NCBI GenBank assembly: GCA_964371095.1
Contig: CAYJMJ010000002.1
Span: forward strand, 56 to 53,867
DNA: 53,812 nt
Reading direction: 5' to 3'
From: an uncultured Dehalococcoidia bacterium
GTDB lineage: Bacteria; Chloroflexota; Dehalococcoidia; DSTF01; JACRBR01
In this document: piece by piece, positions 49,103-53,812 of the stretch
Layout of the letters: each line of letters opens with the position of its first letter
Position numbering within the stretch: position 1 is the first letter of the stretch
The notes under the pieces: generated by a model
What the model was told of the DNA's origin: nothing
Seen by the model: only the letters and a program-made list of their open reading frames with translations
Databases searched by the model: none
Made by a program: the position numbers and the translations under genes

Positions 49103-50179
49103 CTACTTCGGGATCAGGTGCACCGCCGTCGCCTTGAACGAGACGACGACCTCCGTCCCGGCGTCGAGGTCCAGCTCCTCTAGCGAGCGCCGCGTCAGCC
49201 GGGCGACGAGCGGGAATCCGCAGTCCACCTCCACCCGCGCATCCGCACCGGCCCGGGCGATGCGTCGGACGCGGCCCGCCAGCCGGTTGCGCGCGCTTCC
49301 CGCGCCGGCCGCGCCGGGCAGCGAGATGCTGACGTCTTCCGGGCGCAGGCAGACGAGCGCCTGCCCCGAGCCGGCGTCGCCCACCGCCTCGATCGTTCCT
49401 CCGCCGGGCGTCACCAGCGAGAGGAGCCCCTCGGCCGCGCCCGTGACGTGCGCCGCGAACATCGTCTCGATCCCGACGAACGCGGCCGTCTCCTCATCGA
49501 CCGGCGCGCCGAAGACGCCTGAAGGCGTGCCCGCCTGTTTGATGCGGCCGTGCATCATCACCGCGACCACGTCCCCCAGCCGCGCCGCCTCGTCGTGATC
49601 GTGCGTCACGAGCAGCGTCGTCACGTGCGTCTCGGTCAGCACCGCCGCGAGATCATCGATGATCGCCGTGCGCGTTGGCTGGTCCAGCGCGCTGAACGGC
49701 TCGTCGAGGAAGAGCACCTCCGGCTCGAGCGCGAACGCGCGGGCCAGGCTGACCCGCTGCGCCTCGCCGCCCGACAGCGTGCGCGACGACCGTCCGGCCA
49801 GACCGTGGACGCCGAATCGCGCCAGCCAGCGCGTCGCCCGCTCACGCCGCGCCCCTCGGGCCACACCCCGCAGAGCGAGGCCGGCCTCGACGTTCGCCCG
49901 CACGCCGCGGTCGAGCAGCAGCGGCTCCTGGAACACGACGGCCATCCGGCGCCGGAGCGCCAGCTCGCGGCCGCGCGTCGGCTGTCCCTCGAAGAGCACC
50001 TCGCCGGCGTCCGGCCGCTCGAGCAGCGCCAGCTGCAGCAGCAGCGTGCTCTTGCCGGCCCCGTTCGGACCGATGATGGCCAGCACGCCGCCGCCCGGCA
50101 CGTCGAGAGCCGGCACGTCGACGACGGTGCGGCCGCCGCGCACGACGGTCAGGTTGCGCGCCGCGAGCTTCGGCGTCAC
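49103..50179 (-). CDS. tupC: Tungstate/molybdate ABC transporter ATPase with TOBE domains
   Basis: GPNGAGKST, LSGGE, FLDEP, VTHD; C-terminal TOBE-like ...FKATAVH. Confidence 0.85.
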   Translation of the reverse strand: MTPKLAARNLTVVRGGRTVVDVPALDVPGGGVLAIIGPNGAGKSTLLLQLALLERPDAGEVLFEGQPTRGRELALRRRMAVVFQEPLLLDRGVRANVEAGLALRGVARGARRERATRWLARFGVHGLAGRSSRTLSGGEAQRVSLARAFALEPEVLFLDEPFSALDQPTRTAIIDDLAAVLTETHVTTLLVTHDHDEAARLGDVVAVMMHGRIKQAGTPSGVFGAPVDEETAAFVGIETMFAAHVTGAAEGLLSLVTPGGGTIEAVGDAGSGQALVCLRPEDVSISLPGAAGAGSARNRLAGRVRRIARAGADARVEVDCGFPLVARLTRRSLEELDLDAGTEVVVSFKATAVHLIPK

Positions 50180-50181
50180 GT

Positions 50182-50946
50182 TCAGCGCCGCACCCACGTC
50201 GAGGCGATCGCCGCGTCCGCGCCCGCTTCGTGCGCGTCGTCGCCCCAGCGGTCGCGCCGCGAGCGAAACTGCACCCACGTGAAGAGCCCGTTCACCGCGA
50301 CCATCATCGCCAGCAGTATGATGCCGAGCGCGTCCGCGACGCCGAAATTGCCCTTGCCCTCCTCGAGCAGGATCGCGCCGGTCAGCACGCGCGTCTGCCC
50401 CGAAATGTTGCCACCGACCATGACCGAAGCGCCCACCTCGGAGATCGCCGCGCCGAAGCCCGCCATGATCGCCGCCAGCAACGGCAGCCGCACCTCCTGC
50501 AGGAGAATCCAGAGCGCCTGCAATCGGGAGGCGCCAAGCGCGTAGACCTGTAGCCGCAGCCGCGGATGCAGCGAGCCGAGCGCCGCCGCGGTGAAGCCGG
50601 TTACGACCGGCGTCGCGATGATCGTCTGCGCCACGATCATCGCCTTCACCGTGTAGATCCACTCGAGATGTCCTAGCGGCCCGCTGCGCCAGAGTAGCTG
50701 CGCGACCACGAGGCCGACGACGACCGGCGGCAGCCCCATCCCCGTGTTGACGAGCGTCATCACCGCCAGACGCCCGGGGAACCGCCTGAACGCGATCGCC
50801 GCACCGGCGGCCACGCCGAGCACGAGGCTCAGCAGCGTCGCCGTGCCCGAGACGACAACCGTCCGCCACGCGATCTCGTACACCGCGTTCTCGTTATGGA
50901 GCAGCAGGCGTATGGCGTCGCGCAGCGGGTCGAGGATCAGATCCAC
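50182..50946 (-). CDS. tupB: Tungstate ABC transporter permease
   Basis: NTGMGLPPVVVGL, RSGPLG, AGFGAAISEVGA..VGGNI.G.TRVLT. Confidence 0.9.
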   Translation of the reverse strand: MDLILDPLRDAIRLLLHNENAVYEIAWRTVVVSGTATLLSLVLGVAAGAAIAFRRFPGRLAVMTLVNTGMGLPPVVVGLVVAQLLWRSGPLGHLEWIYTVKAMIVAQTIIATPVVTGFTAAALGSLHPRLRLQVYALGASRLQALWILLQEVRLPLLAAIMAGFGAAISEVGASVMVGGNISGQTRVLTGAILLEEGKGNFGVADALGIILLAMMVAVNGLFTWVQFRSRRDRWGDDAHEAGADAAIASTWVRR

Positions 50947-51050
50947 TTCGGTGCACGCATCACGTCGAGCGTCCGTTACCCCGCGTATCCGGGCGATCTC
51001 GGCTCGGCCGTCGAGTTCGCACCTCGAAGGTGCTCCCGGTCACGTGGCGG

Positions 51051-51956
51051 CTACCCCGCCGGCTCGGGCTTGCCGGCGTCCGGAACGAAGAGCTGCTGCC
51101 CCGCCGTGTCCACGCCGAACTCGCCGATCACCTTCTGGATGTCCGCCCGGACCATGAACGCGGCGAACGCGCGCGCCGCGTCCACCTTGATGTTTGGGTG
51201 CTTCGCCGGGTTGACGACGATGACGTGGTACACGTTGAGCAGCGCCTTGTCCTTCTCGAACAGGATATCGAGCGAGAGGTTCTTCTTCTGCGCCAGGTAG
51301 GTCGCTCGATCGCTGATCGTGTAGGCGGCCTTCTGGCTCGCGATCTGGAGCGTCGCGCCCATGCCCTGCCCCGTCTCCTCGTACCAGCTCTGGCCCTTCG
51401 GCGTGACGTTGATCGCCTTCCACAGCTTCAGCTCCAGCGCATTCGTGCCGGAGTCGTCGCCCCGGCTGATGAACTTCGCCTTGCCCGTCGCGATCGCCGT
51501 CATCGCGTCGTTCGTCGTCTTCACCGCTTTCAGCCCCGACGGATCGGCCGCCGGACCGACGATGATGAAGTCGTTGTGCATCACCAACGCCCGCTCGATG
51601 CCGTCGCCGGCGTCGACCATCGCCTTCTCCGCCGCCGGCGAGTGCACCAGTACGACGTCCGCGTCACCGTTCGACGCCTGCTGGATTGCCTGGCCGGAGC
51701 CCACCGCGATCGTCTTCACGGTGTACCCGCTCTCCTTCTCGAACATCGGCACGAGCACGTCAAGCAGGCCGCTGTCCTGTGTGCTCGTCGTCGTCGCGAG
51801 GATCAGCGTGCCGCTGGCCTTCGTCGGCGCGGGCGACGCCGCGGACATCGGCGCCGATGTCGGCGTCGCGTCGTTCTTCTCGCTGTCGCCGCAGGCCACC
51901 GCGACCAGGAGCGCCGCCAGCGCGGCCAGACCAAGCAGAATACGTCGATGCTTCAC
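51051..51956 (-). CDS. tupA: Tungstate-binding lipoprotein
   Basis: Lipobox VAC; TupA signature ATTTSTQDSGLL, VGSGQA, SRGDDSGT, GQGMG, SDRAT. Confidence 0.92.
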   Translation of the reverse strand: MKHRRILLGLAALAALLVAVACGDSEKNDATPTSAPMSAASPAPTKASGTLILATTTSTQDSGLLDVLVPMFEKESGYTVKTIAVGSGQAIQQASNGDADVVLVHSPAAEKAMVDAGDGIERALVMHNDFIIVGPAADPSGLKAVKTTNDAMTAIATGKAKFISRGDDSGTNALELKLWKAINVTPKGQSWYEETGQGMGATLQIASQKAAYTISDRATYLAQKKNLSLDILFEKDKALLNVYHVIVVNPAKHPNIKVDAARAFAAFMVRADIQKVIGEFGVDTAGQQLFVPDAGKPEPAG

Positions 51957-51978
51957 GTCGTCCCCCTCGTTGCTGAGT

Positions 51979-52002
51979 CGATATGGCGGCCCGAGCATAA
52001 CG
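51979..52002 (-). promoter_or_regulatory. ModE-type binding box upstream of tupA
   Basis: Minus strand CGTTAT-N12-ATATCG; same geometry as the ModE box CGTTAT-N12-ATAACG as I recall it for E. coli modA. Confidence 0.7.
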
Positions 52003-52038
52003 CGAGAGGGCGTCTACGTCTACACCCGCGGAGGACGG

Positions 52039-52371
52039 CTACTCTTCGAAGACGCGGGCGAATTCCACGGAGAGGTCGTGCTCGGTCGCCGTGCGAAAGC
52101 GCTCGAACAGTGCGACGAGCCGGTGGCCCTCGTCGGTGAGGCGCGAGCCGCCGCCGCCGGCGCCACCCGCCGCGCTCTCGACGAGCTTCACACCGAGGTT
52201 CTGCTCGATCTCACGCACTTTGCCCCACGCGCGCCGGTACGACAGCTGCATGCGTTGGGCGGCCTCGGCCAGCGAGCCCGTCTCGTCGATGAACGCGAGC
52301 AGGCGTACGCGATACTCGCTGAGCACGAGCTTCCCGTCCTTCTCCAACCAGAGTTTGACGCGTGGTTCCAC
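52039..52371 (-). CDS. modE: Short ModE-like winged-HTH regulator (no TOBE domains)
   Basis: KLWLE, LL..IDETGSL..AA..M.LSYRRAW, GG.GGGGS.LT. Confidence 0.85.
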   Translation of the reverse strand: MEPRVKLWLEKDGKLVLSEYRVRLLAFIDETGSLAEAAQRMQLSYRRAWGKVREIEQNLGVKLVESAAGGAGGGGSRLTDEGHRLVALFERFRTATEHDLSVEFARVFEE

Positions 52372-52438
52372 GGCGCAAGCGTATAGCGAGCGCCTCCGTT
52401 AGGGGTAGACCCGCCGCATCGGAGATGTCACGAATCGG

Positions 52439-52795
52439 TCAGCTCTCGTCCGCGGCCGAGGTCGGTGTCGCGCCCAGGCTGCCATCCTCGCTGGTCGCTG
52501 TCGACGTGGGCGAGGCCGCCGTCTGCACCGGGACGGCCGTGCCCGTTGCGCTGGCGGTGGCCGTGGCGCTGGGTTGCGGCGAAGGCGTAGGCGTCTCGTC
52601 TTCGTCGTCGTCCGAGATATGGATGTGCTCGCGATCGCCGTGGTCTTCGCACGAGCGGCCCGCAAGATTCACTCCGATGTCGACGCTCGCGTTGATCGTC
52701 AACGTCTGGAACCAGAGCGCGTTCGCCGCGGTCAGCAGCGTGACCGCGGCCAAGACGCCCAGCGCCACCAGCGCCAACGGTGTTCGACCTTTCAT
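52439..52795 (-). CDS. Secreted protein with SipW-class signal peptide and low-complexity acidic/Ser-Thr-Pro tail
   Basis: Signal peptide then ANA-LWFQTLTINASVDIG; GGAGGG RBS. Confidence 0.7.
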   Translation of the reverse strand: MKGRTPLALVALGVLAAVTLLTAANALWFQTLTINASVDIGVNLAGRSCEDHGDREHIHISDDDEDETPTPSPQPSATATASATGTAVPVQTAASPTSTATSEDGSLGATPTSAADES

Positions 52796-52849
52796 ACAGT
52801 TCGCCCTCCGCCACGGCGTGCGCTCGCCGCGGCATGATCGGCGCCGCCG

Positions 52850-53593
52850 CTAGATCACGGGCGGCGTTGGCGTCGGCGTCGGCGGCACCGGAGTGGCCGT
52901 CGGCGTCTCGTTGTTGGAGTTGCCGCCGGTGTTCGCGAAGCTGCAGTTGGCGTCCTCGTTCCACTGGCACGCCAGGAGCGTGACGGCACCCGTGTACGTC
53001 GTGTTCTCCGATGCCGACTGGGCGGCGTACAGCGTGATATCGCAGAGGATTCGGTTGCTCGGGTGCAGCTGCCAGAGCGATGGCTTGGCCGGATCGGGCT
53101 GTGTTGGGGGCGGCACCTGGTTGCCATTCTCGATGTCGTTCACGCAGTCCGACACGCTCGCGACGATCTGGCAGTTGGCGCCCGCCGCGTCGCACCCCAG
53201 CCCCGTGAATTGCAGCGCGGCCGTGTCGATGTGAACCGGGACCGTCCCGTCGTTGTGAATGTTGACGTGGTGCACGCAGCCGGCGTACGGGTAGAACCCC
53301 GTGTCCGTGATCGTCAGTTCGTGCAGCGTTGCGTCGAGGGTCTGTGCGCACGTCTGGACGACCTTCAACGGGTTGAAGTCCACATCAGCGGGCGTCAGGA
53401 ACGTGTCGCCCTGGTTCAGCGAGTACGTCGGATCCGTGCCGTGGTCAGACCACTGCACGTCCAGTGTGCCGGTCGTTACCGAAGCATTAAGAGTCAGGAC
53501 CTGGAACCACAGCGCGTAGCCCACGTCGACGACGGCCAGGCTGATGATCGCGGCCATCAGCAGGACGCCGGTGTGCCTGAATGCGCTTCTCAC
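52850..53593 (-). CDS. SipW-class signal peptide protein, TasA/camelysin-like fibre subunit candidate
   Basis: GYA-LWFQVLTLNASVTTG; FYP...V.I.N.GTVPV; QWN near the C-terminus; eight Cys; GGAGAGGAG RBS. Confidence 0.7.
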   Translation of the reverse strand: MRSAFRHTGVLLMAAIISLAVVDVGYALWFQVLTLNASVTTGTLDVQWSDHGTDPTYSLNQGDTFLTPADVDFNPLKVVQTCAQTLDATLHELTITDTGFYPYAGCVHHVNIHNDGTVPVHIDTAALQFTGLGCDAAGANCQIVASVSDCVNDIENGNQVPPPTQPDPAKPSLWQLHPSNRILCDITLYAAQSASENTTYTGAVTLLACQWNEDANCSFANTGGNSNNETPTATPVPPTPTPTPPVI

Positions 53594-53812
53594 GATGTCT
53601 CCTCTCCATCCGAGAAAATGGGTTCGTCTACCGTCCGCGCCCTGAAGCGCGACGGCGCCGGTTCGTCATCGGGAATCGTGTGTTTTCCGGACGCACCTCC
53701 TTTCGGCGCGTCCGGCGGACGTGAAGCGCTACCCTTGGCGGCAGGGACCGCGGGGCTACAATGCCGGGGCAGCGAGCATCGGCCTGGATCCGGACGCCGC
53801 TGTACGCGCGCC

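Noticed and set aside
53687-53715. Hairpin CCGGACGC...GCGTCCGG with GAAA and AAAGGAGG on the minus strand, upstream of the fibre genes; possible second c-di-GMP riboswitch
   Set aside because: Lacks the GEMM-I and class II consensus elements and has no U-tract on the appropriate side; left unassigned.

Overview
GC-rich, densely coding chromosomal window with no integrase, transposase, phage gene or CRISPR array. Gene content and style suggest a Chloroflexota (Dehalococcoidia-like) bacterium, which is an inference. Cofactor metabolism dominates: a TetR-led classical menaquinone operon (menF-D-H-B-A-C-E) with divergent menG and a CrtI/RetSat-like flavoprotein; an aldo/keto reductase-ahbAB-chdC haem-type operon; a TPP-riboswitch thiamine operon (thiD-sORFs-thiG-thiE-thiS-thiO); moaD-moaE; and a ModE-like regulator with a ModE box before a tungstate ABC transporter (tupABC). 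RNA elements are a c-di-GMP-I riboswitch with a downstream hairpin, a TPP riboswitch and tRNA-Sec (selC). Other genes are argD, miaB, trmD, nrtR, comF, a TldE/PmbA subunit, a cold-shock protein, two cupredoxins, TetR-MMPL, three GT-C-like membrane glycosyltransferases, a DegT-type aminotransferase, a decayed URO-D-family gene and two SipW-class (TasA-like) secreted proteins. Best leads: (1) an aldo/keto reductase sitting where the radical-SAM enzyme AhbC would be needed between AhbAB and ChdC; (2) a TasA-like fibre subunit paired with a protein that keeps only the shared N-terminal strand; (3) ThiS and MoaD both carrying residues after the C-terminal Gly-Gly; (4) a c-di-GMP riboswitch before an unknown small protein. 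All family calls come from motif recognition by eye; no database search was run.
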